This document shows, piece after piece, positions 25,871 to 40,804 of a stretch of 64,000 bases of DNA. The DNA is taken from the NCBI GenBank assembly GCA_951406725.2, contig OX597830.1, positions 61,132,001-61,196,000 of the forward strand, given 5' to 3'. Origin of the DNA: Octopus vulgaris (Eukaryota). Position numbers and translations under genes: made by a program. Under the pieces are notes generated by a model. It had not been told where the DNA came from. It saw only the letters and a list, made by a program, of their open reading frames with translations, and did not search any database. Every line of letters begins with the position of its first letter. The first letter of the stretch is position 1.

Positions 25871-26915
25871 CATTAAACGGTTTTCGTCGCCTTGCATCTT
25901 TGACCACGCACTTTGGCACTGACAACGGAACCTTTATATTCCGCCCTGAAGAATTAATCGCGGACTATTCTGACCACTGTTTATTGCAGCGATACAGCTT
26001 CTGAAAACGGGTTCGGAAGCCACAGTTTTTAGGACGGCGTCCACGTCATGACATTCAGTCATATCTAAAGATTTCGGCTGATTCAAACTGATCAGAGTCC
26101 CAACAAAGTCATTTTTATTCCCCATTTTCTCTATGATGCATTACATAAGGTGGAGGTTGTGGAAACCTGTTAGGGATAACACATGTTTGGACTTTCTCTG
26201 ATGAGAACCTTTTCCCCAAGCAAGATAGAAAGACGTTAGTTAATAACATAATCAACTTTCGTTAGGACTACAAAATTTAGCCACAGAAGCTATAAGTGAA
26301 ATGCAACACAAAATTAACAAATTACACACTCATAGCGCATTGGAACAAATTCTTAATTGATGAAAGAAATCTGCCGTTAACAATCTAAAGCAGCGCAGTC
26401 AGTAATAACGTTATCATCATTGATGTAACACTGTTCTTACGATTCTTGACGGCAATAAAACAGTAAAAGCAAATGTTATCAAAAGCCACTTCGTCCAGAA
26501 CGTATCAGCCCCTGGGCTGAGATAGCAACCTGTTTCTTTTTTAACATTTTCATAATGAAAAAAAAAATAATGTCCCTTAAAAAGAAATAACGTGTTCCTT
26601 AAGAATAAGGGATACGTTCGACAATGTTGTCCATAATATACAAAACTACTGGTTGGTCTTGGTTGGAACGCTTCTGTTTAATGTTTTGCTCGATCAGACT
26701 TGAACTGGGACTGAACAACAACAGTTATTAACAGTTATTATTTCATACAGTTATTAATTAACTAGTAATCAATAATTTCACCAAGTAGAATTCGGCATGA
26801 AAAGGGACAATTTCTCGGTAAACTTAAGTAATATTTTATAATTGGGGTTCAACAAAGATTTGCTTTACCACAAACCGAAGTTTAGAAATAGCAGCCACAG
26901 AACCTTAGCTATTCC

Positions 26916-27167
<252 letters not shown>

Positions 27168-27949
27168 TATAATATATAAACACACCCGCGCGAGTGTGTA
27201 TGTGTGTCTTATGCAGTATATCATATTTGTCCGTCTGTACGGCGATGCTTCCTTTTGTAGCATCTGAGGTGCGACACTGTTACTAGTTCGTCGCTCAACT
27301 CTCATTTTTGATGCAAAGGAACATGGTGAGTTGGTCTCTATCATAACTCTTACGGCACGACATACTCCAGAGCCACTGAGAAATTAGAGAAGAAACATTC
27401 AGTACTTTACTGCCATTTAATTTTCTGAGCCCCAAATAAGGAAAGACGAAGTTGAACAAGATTTGTGCTAAGAATGGCCATCCGGAATAATTGCCGGAAG
27501 ATATTTTTCCGTCGAGGTTTCGAACTAGCAGAATCTGTTTCTTTATTACCCACAAGGGGCTAAACACAGAGGGGACAAACAAAGACAGACAAACAGATTA
27601 AGTCGATTACATCGACCCCAATGCGTAACTGGTACTTAATTTATCGACCCCGAAAGGATGAAAGGCAAAGTCGACCTTGGCGGGAGCTAGCAGAATCGTT
27701 AGCCCGTCTCGCAAAATACTTGGTGGCATTTCTTGCGGCTCTTTAATGCTCTGAATTCAAGTCGATCCGAGTGAAGTACTGGAGACGATGTAATCGATTC
27801 GCCCCCGCCCCGCCTAAATTGCTGGCCTTGAATCCTGTCACGGGATGGCGTCTCGTTCAGAGGAATGTTGCGATTGGGATCGCTTATATGCCATGAAAGC
27901 TAGATAACAGGTTTAATGGGTCCAGTGCTCAATAAAAAAGCAAAAAAGA

Positions 27950-28150
27950 AATAAGGAAAATTGACTGACTCTTTAGGGTTTCTGCTCACCACGCTTTGTA
28001 GGCGTGCACACATGCACACTGATGCACACATAGGTAAATAAGTCATACACGCATGTCTACACTAACGCATAATATATGGATCTCCTCTTTCAACGATGAT
28101 TATTTAGTGGTTGGATACTGACTCTAAAGAGTCAGTCAATTTTCCTTATT
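27950..28150. repeat. ~200 bp segment bounded by perfect 27 bp inverted repeats (MITE-like)
   Basis: aataaggaaaattgactgactctttag / ctaaagagtcagtcaattttccttatt. Confidence 0.75.
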
Positions 28151-28385
28151 AAGGCGGCGAGCTGGCAGAAACGTTAGCGCGCCGGGCGAAATGCGTAGCC
28201 GTATTTCATCTGTCGTTACGTTGTGAGTTCAAATTCCGCCGAGGTCGACTTTGCCTTTCATCCTTTTGGGGTCGATAAATTAAGTACCAGTTACGCACTG
28301 GGGTCGATGTAATCGACTTAATCCGTTTGTCTGTCCTTGTTTGTCCCCTCAGTGTTTAGCCCCTTGTGGGTAATAAAGAAATAGG
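28151..28385 (+). mobile_element. SINE family A, full length
   Basis: Full family pattern. Confidence 0.9.
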
Positions 28386-28500
28386 TTGGATAGCTGTTCA
28401 TTGAATTAGCGCGCTAAGTAGCTGAACAGACAACAGCGTGACACAACCCGTTACAAGCCTGGACCTTCCGAAGTTTCTGCATAGTCTCCGTCTATTTAAT

Positions 28501-28577
28501 ACAGTGCAGAATCACCTCCCTCCGACAAGTCATCCTAACGAGACGTCTGCGTTGGCTGGGTCGTCAACCAGGAGAAT

Positions 28578-28628
<51 letters not shown>

Positions 28629-28960
28629 TCATGGACAAAGATATGAAGCTAAACACGTTGGCTGGGTCGTCAACCAACTACGAAGCAATTGCCCCAGCTC
28701 CCCTTCAGGGTTGGCGAAAGCGTTGTGGTGGACAACGAAAAACCTGGCTGATGACAGTCAAGGCTGATCTGGAACTCAACCTAGGCCCCCATATCTACAG
28801 CGTTCGCCCTTGGAATAAGGAGTGGTTGGAGATCACCCAGTCGTTAGCCTCAAATCGCCAGGCCTGGTCGGCGTTTGTGAGAGATGCAGCATTGACGATG
28901 AATGAAGCCAGCTCAACCCAACCCGGGTGAATGCTGTCAAGTCAAGTCAAGTCAAGTCAA
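28501..28960 (+). mobile_element. RTE-clade LINE 3' end with (CAAGT)n tail and 11 bp TSD
   Basis: LTRRLRWLG...GWRKRCGGQRKTW...ASNRQAW. The tail is (caagt)n. TSD gtctatttaat lies at 28490-28500 and 28961-28971. Confidence 0.85.
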
Positions 28961-29412
28961 GTCTATTTAATTACACCCACAAAACAGATCGACTAGAAGT
29001 TATAGGTAAAAAAAAACATCCAATACATCGCAGATTGATATCGAACTCAGAATCTGGCCACTGCGAGTCAAGCTTCTTCAGTTCAATCACGCACTGCCCA
29101 TGCAAACACAAACACATTGCATGCAGTACTGTAAATATATCGTTATTATAGTAAATAGCCACTGTTGATCACAACAGCTTTTATTGTAGAGATTTCATGC
29201 AGCCTTCGTAGAGGTTATTGATTTCATTAACATTCTTTGAATTATATCGCTTTCTGGAGAGTTGAACCGTTTCTATAGAGGCTGAAACAATAATAACAAA
29301 AAAAAAAAAAAAAAAAAGTAACTATACGACAATATCTTTTTCCATATATGCTTCGAAGTCTGTTGATTTCGACTCATCTGCACACGTGTTTAGCTTCATA
29401 TCTATGCCCATG

Positions 29413-29471
<59 letters not shown>

Positions 29472-29659
29472 ACAGACACACACGCACACGCATAAGTATT
29501 TATATATCTATATATATATATATATATATATAAATGTAAATATAAATATTTACATATATATATTTATATAAATGCAAATAAATAAATATGTATATAAATA
29601 TGTGTGTGTGTGTGTGTTTGCTTACTCGCTCGTATGTATGTATATATATATATATATAT

Positions 29660-29791
29660 AACGGGAAGCTTTATGAAAATAAACAAAAGACGAAGGCAGG
29701 TGGAAAACAAACGAACAATTGTATTAGTATGGCGCTCAGGAAATATAAATAAAACAAGTCTTTAACGTTTCGAGCCTACGCTCTTCAACAG

Positions 29792-29794
<3 letters not shown>
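29660..29794 (-). mobile_element. Penelope-like/retrozyme remnant with a hammerhead-like motif (core variant CUGUUGA)
   Basis: Minus strand reads ttt-CTGTTGA-agagcgtaggctc-GAAAC-GTT-aaag. Same family as 320-450; flanked by (TA)n. Confidence 0.65.
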
Positions 29795-29845
<51 letters not shown>

Positions 29846-29960
29846 TATACATATATATATATATATAATATATATATATATAAGAAGTAAATAGAAGGAA
29901 ACGAATTTCCTATACAGAACAATAAGATAGCGCTCAGTAAATAGAGCTAAGAGAATATAG

Positions 29961-30080
29961 AATAATTTAGGTTTTAATGAAAAGCCAACCTTCGAGATAT
30001 GGACGACCAATAAACAGATTATTTCCCTCAATATATTTTTCGAAAGACACAATTCATTACATAAAATATAATATATAAAT

Positions 30081-30140
<60 letters not shown>

Positions 30141-30268
30141 TTTATATTTATATATTATATATTTTATATGAAGAATTGTATCTTTCGAAAAATATATTGA
30201 GGAAAATAATCTGTGTATTGGTTGTCAATATCTCGACGGTTGCCTTTTCATTGAAACCTAAATTACTA
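29961..30268. repeat. Imperfect inverted repeat with ~105 bp arms around a (TA)n spacer
   Basis: The ORF track shows near-identical peptides on opposite strands (29762-30052 minus, 30176-30433 plus). I confirmed the arms by reading. Confidence 0.88.
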
Positions 30269-30377
30269 TATATATATATATATACATATATCAAAAGGAT
30301 GTGTAATTACAATATTCCACTCATACCAACGATCCAACGCACCTGCCTCATGAGCCAGCCCACGGATATCACTATAT

Positions 30378-30577
30378 ACTCTTTTACGCGTTTCAGCCAT
30401 TTGACTGCGGCCATGCTGGAGCATCGCCTTTAGTCGAACAAATCGACTCCAGAGTTATTCTTTATAAGGCTAGTACTTATTCTATCGGTCTCTTTTGCCG
30501 AACCGCTATGTTTCGGGGGACATAAACACTCCAACATCGGTTGTTAAGCGATAGCGGTGGGAGAACACAGATACAAA

Positions 30578-30630
<53 letters not shown>

Positions 30631-30810
30631 ATAAATACATACACATATATACGACATGTTTCCTTCAGTTTCCGTCTACCAAATCCACTCACAAGGCTTT
30701 GGTCGGCCCGAGGCTAAAGTAGAAGACACTTGCCCAAGGTGCCATGCAGTGGGACTGAACCCGGAATTATGTGGTTTGGAATCAAGCTTCTTACCACAAA
30801 GCCACGTCTG
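30378..30810 (-). mobile_element. SINE family B
   Basis: Reverse complement of the family pattern. Confidence 0.87.
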
Positions 30811-30820
30811 TACCTATATA

Positions 30821-31893
<1,073 letters not shown>

Positions 31894-32019
31894 GGATATA
31901 AAGGCGCATGTGTGACTGTATAGTAAAGAGTTAGTTTCCCTGTGTATTCACGGGTCGACAGACGCCATGGGAATGGATTTGGTAGACGGAAACCGAAAGG
32001 AGCCGGTCGTGTATATATA

Positions 32020-32052
<33 letters not shown>

Positions 32053-32348
32053 ATGAGAGAGAGAGAGAGAGAGTGTGTGTTTGTGTTTTAGGGGTAGTAT
32101 TTCTCCCACATTACCGCTTATGAACCGATGTTGGTGTGTTTACATCCCCAGAATTTAGAGCTTCGGCAAACGAGGATGATAGAATAAGTACCAGGCTTAC
32201 GAAAACTTCTTGAAGGCGGTGCCCCAGTATGGCCGCATTCTATTTACTGAAATAAATAAGAGTAAAAGATACATACATACATACATACATATATATATGT
32301 ACCGGAGTAAACACTTTTAAATAAAGTATATATATACTTATATATATG

Positions 32349-32390
<42 letters not shown>

Positions 32391-32466
32391 TATGTGTATG
32401 TGTGTGTGTACGTGTACATATATATATGTATATATGTATATGTATATATGTATATGTACATATATA

Positions 32467-32537
<71 letters not shown>

Positions 32538-32631
32538 GTATATATAAATAAATAAATATACACACACACACACACACACATATATATATGTATATATATA
32601 GAAGACACTTGACGCAGTGGGACTGAAATAT

Positions 32632-32698
<67 letters not shown>

Positions 32699-32886
32699 TC
32701 ATGAATTTGTAATTTGTAAACAAACCCGAAGGGTGTAAATTACGGAATATATACATACATATCTAACTATCTATCTACCTCTCTCTCTCTATATATATAT
32801 ATACATACACACACACACACATATATATATATAAATACATACATATATATATATATGTATATACGTATGACCATTCCTAAATACAA

Positions 32887-32944
<58 letters not shown>

Positions 32945-33655
32945 TAATATATATGTGTATGGGTGTGCGTGTGTATGTGTGTGTGTGTGAGTGTGTGTGT
33001 ATGCGTGTTCTTTTACATAAAGAAAGAAATCGGTTAAAATTTAACCATAATTACCGGAACATCGATCATGTTTAATAGCATTAAGTCAATCAAGAAATTA
33101 CTTTCCAGTATTGCAAAGCCAATCTATAATTATTGCATTCCTAAAAAAAGATCAAGCACCTTCCTTCTACTCTGCCGTAGGTGTATATGTGAGACTATTT
33201 GTGTAAGGAATACACCATTTACCCCTGTTGTCTCCCTCATGCAACACGAAATACGTATAGAAACGTTGTGCGTATATAACATACAAAACGAAGTGACATT
33301 TTCCTTTCTGGAAAGTGCAGCCAAAATCCTAGAGATTACACTGTACAGTCTGGAAAGAGGAACTAAATAGATAATGTAGTCTATGTTACTGTTGTAAAGC
33401 TAGGCTGTATATATATTCATGTATGTATATTTATACATGTATATTTATGTATGTATAAATACATACATACATACATACATATATACATACATACACACAC
33501 ATACACACGCATACACATACGTGCGCACATGTGTGTATATTTATACATAGATATAGACACATAAACACACATGCATATATACACACTTATATATTTATGT
33601 ATTTATAAGTGTGTGTGTAAAGATATATAAATATAATTATAGCTATATTTATATC

Positions 33656-33687
<32 letters not shown>

Positions 33688-33733
33688 TGTATGTATGTAT
33701 GTATGTATGTATGTATGTATGTATGTATGTATG

Positions 33734-33776
<43 letters not shown>

Positions 33777-33792
33777 GTATAAGTATGTTTGA

Positions 33793-33831
<39 letters not shown>

Positions 33832-33918
33832 CACTCACACACACATATGTATATATATATACATATATACCTGGGTCTAAATGTGTGTGAATTTATATAT
33901 ATATAGATATACATACGC

Positions 33919-33990
<72 letters not shown>

Positions 33991-34115
33991 ACACACATAC
34001 ATATCTGGGTATATGAATGTGTGAATGTGACTATATATATATTTATATATATATATATGTATATATATATTTATACATAAGTATAGTCATACATATCTGG
34101 GTCTAAGTGTGTGTG

Positions 34116-34156
<41 letters not shown>

Positions 34157-34560
34157 ATGTGTGTGTGTGTATGTATATGTATATATACATCTATATATGC
34201 ATGTGTTTGTCTATCTGTAGGAATGCATACGTAAGTGTATGTACGTATATACATATAAATGCACTTACGAGTATGGAGATGTATGCATTTATATGTGGAG
34301 ATGTGTAAATGTGTGTGTGTATATATATATAAATATACGCAAAAACACATATATATCTCCAGACACACATACGAACATGCGTGTTACGTACATACATACA
34401 GTTGTCATGGCCAGTTGGTTAGAAGTTTACTATATAACCACGTGGTTTCGGGTACAGTCCCAGCGAACGTCACCATTTCACAAGTGTCTTCTGTTAGTCC
34501 CGGGGTAAGGAATGTCTGTTGACTGAATTCAGTCGACTGAAACTGTGTTAACGCTCGTCG

Positions 34561-34597
<37 letters not shown>

Positions 34598-34599
34598 AC

Positions 34600-34660
<61 letters not shown>

Positions 34661-35441
34661 TTAACTTAATTATACGCATTCCTACGTAAATATATTTACA
34701 TGTGTATATAGATATATTTGCACACCCACACACACATATATGTGTGTATATGACACATACATAATGTTTAGCGAGTTGCAATATTTAATTTTCTTTCCAT
34801 TACATATTAGGAGAGGAAGACAATTTAATTTTATGCAGACAAATTGTTTTAATTATTGGTTTCAACTTTTGGTAGAAGGTCATTAATTCCGGGTGATCAG
34901 TTAAGTTATTCACATCGATCTCAGTCACTGCTGATACTTATTCTGTCGACCTCGAAAAGATGAATAGCGAAGTCGACCTCGGCGGAATTTGAACTCAGAA
35001 CATAAAAACGGATTAAATGCCGCTAAGCATGTTTCTTGGCATGCTAACGATTCTGCCAGCTCACCGCCCCCACCGTGGTTCTTTTAATTATTGGTTTCAA
35101 ATTTTGATAGATGGGCAGCAATTTCAGGGGTGGAGGTAAGTAGATTATATTAAACCCAGAATCCAGCTGTTACTTATTTTATTGACTTCAAAGTGGACCT
35201 CGGCAGAATTTGAACTCCGAACGTAAAGACTGACGGAATGCTGCTATACATTTTGCCTGGTATGCTAACCCTTCTGCCAGTTCGCTGGCTTGTAGCTCTT
35301 TTAATTATTGAAAGAAATAAACGCTTATTTACATACATTTGGCCCGCAATGTCTTTACGAATATGGAACCAATCCTTTGAACAATATAGTATATAAATCA
35401 ATTTATTTCAAACTCGCTTGTATGTAATTTGATAAAAAAAA

Positions 35442-35800
35442 AAGAGCACTCAGAGAGCGCAAACATCCGCCAAGGCAACACCAACGTTCTCTCAACGATT
35501 AACCAGAGATGAGTTTCTGAAATGAGAATATCTGAAATAAACTCGACTGTTCTCACAAAGGAGAATACTAAAAATGAATCTGACCGCTCTCAGACATTAA
35601 GTAAAAGAACCAGAAGAATAATCCAGAATCCTTGTCTAATATCGGATCGATACCAAAATCTAATCAGTTCGTGCCAGTCACGGGGCCAAACATCTCTGAA
35701 TATTTCGTCCGAATCCATCTAGCGGTTCTTGAGATATCTTGTCCACGGATAAACAAACACGACTGAAACAATACCTCCGCCCTCGCTAAGATGGAGGTAA
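35442..35800 (+). mobile_element. Non-autonomous Helentron/HINE (DINE-like) element
   Basis: 5' aagagcactcagagagcgcaaacatccgccaagg. The 3' hairpin acctccgcc...atggaggt has an arm that is also inverted to the 5' subterminal acatccgcc. It sits in an A-run target. Confidence 0.55.
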
Positions 35801-37539
35801 AAATACCCTTTCTTTACTTTATGGAAGAAGTAAAAATCACGAAATTAAAAGGTTTAATACCCTTGTTTTTTTTGTTATCTATCTTTATCGGAAAGGCATC
35901 AAATGCTAACTCATTTGCTTTTTACTTATGAACCTCCATTTCTTCCATAGGATATTTCAACGCTACCATTACTTCAGGCTTCATTTAAACCTGAATCGTT
36001 TATAGAAACCTACACTTAGATATGAATTATTTCATTAAGATCATTTTGTTAATCAGTTTGTTAAATCCAGCTGAGGATTCCTCTAATTCCTTGAGGTTTT
36101 CATAGGTAAAGTGTCCTTTCGGCTTGCAAAAGGTTCTGAATATAATCCGCATCAACTAAATCAAATCATACTCTCTGTACCATCTATTCAAAGCTATTGC
36201 TCAACGAAACTACTTTATCCAATATCCTACGGTTTTCCTTAAATATATTTGGATACAAGTTTTTCCAGAAATTTGAGAGATCGAACACTGGACTTCTCCG
36301 ACGCCTTTCATATTTCCATTGCTGATATAATATTGTGGTTTTACCAGAATTCTTTGATCGACTGATATTTATTATCGCTGTAATCAACTAACTTACAATT
36401 TTGCGATGAAATCTGAAATAACACTGAAGATTTTTAGGCTGCAGAAGTGACATAATTGTGGTGGAATTAAAATGATTTCAGTGGAAATGACGTTTGAAGT
36501 GAATCGAGATGTGAAGGGTGATTTGGTACCTTGCCCAAAGGCAGAAATGCCTTGTGCGATGAATTATTCAATAAACACATGGTATGAAACCTAAGATTTT
36601 CCGTTAGATTTCTTCTGTATAGTAAACAGATTAGATCTGGAGACGCCTAGATCTGGAGATTGCTCTTGGAGTTTGATAACTGCGCAATCTCGCTTCAGCT
36701 TCAAGTTTCCAGCAATGTGAGACGATCTTCTGCTGTTTTACATGCCGGTCACTTTTACCTTTCTTTTAAAATGATTTAAAGAATTACCGCTTTCAAAATA
36801 ACCCACATCCGTCTGATTCTGTAGATATTTACCGCTCTTTGCAATACCGTCAACTGTGATGGAAATTTTCCTGTTTACCGAATGCTATGAAAATTAGTCT
36901 GTTTCTTGAACTTTACAAATCATTCGAGTGAAACGATAAAAGTTTTAGTGCCCCTTCTGTTTTGAAGAGTGGCAAATGTCTCTGTGATATGTTTCCAACC
37001 AAACACTAAATATCGTTATATATTTTTCTCTATGATTTTATTGTATGTTCGTGTTAGTTTTTAGAGTTTTACATGACAACATTTATTTCGCAGATCGATT
37101 CATTGTTGTCTTTCATGTTGGCTGTGATTTCGCAACGACACTTTTTTCCTTTTAAATTTTTAATCTTCAGTTTGGTGCTTAACATTTTGCAAAACTCTCA
37201 CGTATCAAACTTGGATGTTAAAAGTATCGAATTAATAAATTTTACATTATTTTTTTCATTTTGATAAATTAAGACATTGTTACGCAAGTGACATGGTTTA
37301 ATGAGAACGAACGCTCCAGAACGTTAGCATGCCTAATTGATTGCTATCTTTCGTCAGTGTTAAGATAGTGAGTAGATGATTAGCCCTAAGCAAGGTCAAG
37401 GAGGGAAACTCCACAATTAGATATGCAACAGAAACGGCATTTTTTTCGTGATTCTGTAAAATATCATCGATAAAGGCAATTTCGACAAGGTAGTTACCAA
37501 GGCTGATATACAGTAGGACTTACATAGAAAGTTCAAACC

Positions 37540-37755
37540 TATTTCTTTACTACAGAGGGGACAAATAAGGACAGACACACGGATTAAGTCGATTACATCG
37601 ACCCCAGTGCGTAACTGGTACTTATTTAATCGACCCCGAAAGGATGAAAGGCAAAGTCGACCTCGGCAGAATTTGAACTCAGAACGTAGCGGCAGACGAA
37701 ATACGGCTACGCATTTCGCCCGGCGTGCTAACGTTTCTGCCAGTTCGCCGCCTTC
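37540..37755 (-). mobile_element. SINE family A
   Basis: Reverse complement of the family pattern. Confidence 0.88.
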
Positions 37756-38268
37756 AAACCTGGTATACGAATAGTTCAACACTGGTATACGAATAAACAT
37801 TTACAGAATCGTTTAGATTGTAGTTAGATCAATCTTCTGCAGAAGATACCAAAGCATCACGCAACTTGATCGGTTGAACAAAGAGATTTAAGAAATTCCC
37901 AATGTTTCTAGTCTTGGTGATCCATGAAAGGCAAGCTTCGCTGGTCATCGCAAGAGTGCCTCAACACCAAACCAATACGAATGCAATATTTCGGAAACTT
38001 CACGACTCTAATAGAGGACGCAGCGAATAAAGCTAACAGGTGATAAAGGTTTCAAGGGGCGGCATGCTGAAACACGTCTATACATACATACATACATACA
38101 TTACATACATAAACAGATACACACATACACACAGAGCCTCTCTCTCTCTCATACACTCACACACATACACACACATACGCACACACACACACACACACAC
38201 ACACACGCATACAAACATATGTATATATCTATCAGTGTATGTATATATATATATATATATATATGTAC

Positions 38269-38333
<65 letters not shown>

Positions 38334-38451
38334 TGTATATGTATGTATTAAAACTTAGATAAAACTTAGATATGTTTCGACCAGAGATTGGTCCAGGCCA
38401 TGTCTAACTTAATAGCACCACCTGATAGGATTAAAAATCCTATATTTGAAA

Positions 38452-38506
<55 letters not shown>

Positions 38507-38558
38507 CACATACATATGTACCAATGGATGTGTTTGTATGTGTTCATATATATCTAAG

Positions 38559-38610
<52 letters not shown>

Positions 38611-38914
38611 TACACACGCACACACAGACATATATATGTATATACGCATACATAATACTTCTAAAGATAAATACAGGATTTACATATATATATACACTTT
38701 TCTTTCTCTCTCTAGATATACACGTATACGAAGATATGTGTGTGTGTGTGTGTGTGCATTGCATTCCCCTCCACCCCACACGTACTGAGGTGAATGTGCT
38801 TTAGAACGAGTAATATTTTGTTTTCTAAACGAGCCTGCGAACAGCTTGCATACAAGTTAGCCAATCATATAAATATTATGTGTATATACAAATGAACATA
38901 TGTATTATACATTA

Positions 38915-38994
<80 letters not shown>

Positions 38995-39102
38995 CATCAT
39001 TTTATCTATCTATGCATAAATATATGTACCTATGTATACAGTTATACACTTTATATATATGTATATCTTATACCTATATATATATACATACATGCATACA
39101 TA

Positions 39103-39225
<123 letters not shown>

Positions 39226-39291
39226 CTATCTATCTATCTATCTACGTATCTATCTATGCATAAATATATGTACATATGTATATAGTTATAC

Positions 39292-39339
<48 letters not shown>

Positions 39340-39435
39340 ATCCAAAGATGAAAACACAAAGAGAAAACACAACGCGAAGACGTGGAACAAGTATAGTGTT
39401 ATTGGACGCTCAGGAAAGGAAAGAAAAAAGGAGGA

Positions 39436-39468
39436 TTTAACGTTTCGAGCGGAGCTCTTCGTCAGAAA
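39436..39468 (-). ncRNA. Minimal type I hammerhead ribozyme motif with intact core, within a (TA)n-flanked element 39335-39545
   Basis: Minus strand reads ttt-CTGACGA-a-gagc-tcc-gctc-GAAAC-GTT-aaa. Helix III is reduced to the palindrome AACGTT. Confidence 0.7.
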
Positions 39469-39561
39469 CATAGGAGAAGGAAAGATCCAAAGAAGGGAAG
39501 ACGGAGGAAAAAAATCGCCAAGGGTACACACTCGGGTACACACATATATATAGATAGATAG

Positions 39562-39602
<41 letters not shown>

Positions 39603-40022
39603 TGTAAATTTATTTCATATATATGTGTGCGTATGTGTGTGTATATACTTATGCCTGTATGTATGTATGTATGTATGTATGTATGTATGTATGTATGTAT
39701 GTATGTATGTATGTATGTATGTATGTATGTATGTATGTATGTATGTATGTATGCATGTATGTATGTATGTATGTATGTATGTATGTATGTTTGAATGTAT
39801 GTATGTATGTATGCATGCATGCATGTATTTGTACATATCTGGTCATATAGAATCAGATCTAACCTTATATATTCGCACACACGCATACATAGATATATAT
39901 TCATGCATATATACATATGTATATATGTATATATGTGCTTATACAAACATACGCATGGTTATTATTATTATTGACGTAATGACCCTCCCAAGACACACGA
40001 ATTCACATCATAAATCTATCAA

Positions 40023-40077
<55 letters not shown>

Positions 40078-40087
40078 ATATATATAT

Positions 40088-40237
<150 letters not shown>

Positions 40238-40508
40238 CATATACATATATGTATACATGTATGGTAATTTATGTTCTTTATTATATATTCTTGTGTAATT
40301 TGGAATCAGATTTCCCCCCATTACCACCACACACGTATTACATGTCATCATATGTCCATTAAAACGTATATACGCACTACAGTTGTGTAAACACACACAC
40401 ATGCATACATATAGACACAAACGCATAAATAATTTTATATGCGCATTTATTTTCATACACACAGAAATATATGTATGTATACATAGTAAATGCTAATTAT
40501 TATAAATA

Positions 40509-40580
<72 letters not shown>

Positions 40581-40581
<1 letters not shown>

Positions 40582-40804
40582 TTTATTTAAAATTCAACAA
40601 AACCTGTTACTCTGAGTTTCCCGTTGCCGTTCATCGGACAGTTTTTTCTAGAATAGCAAAAACTGTCTGATGAACGGCAACGGGGAAACTCAGAGTAACA
40701 GGTTTTGTTGAATTTTCTGCTGCTTTAAATAAAGCACATTACTCTACCACTGGTATTTGAGTACTCTTTTTTTCCACCTTGTTTCACATTTATGTGTTTA
40801 CTCC

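Noticed and set aside
26190-26245. CTGATGA...GAAA spacing suggestive of a hammerhead
   Set aside because: Helices I-III do not pair convincingly.
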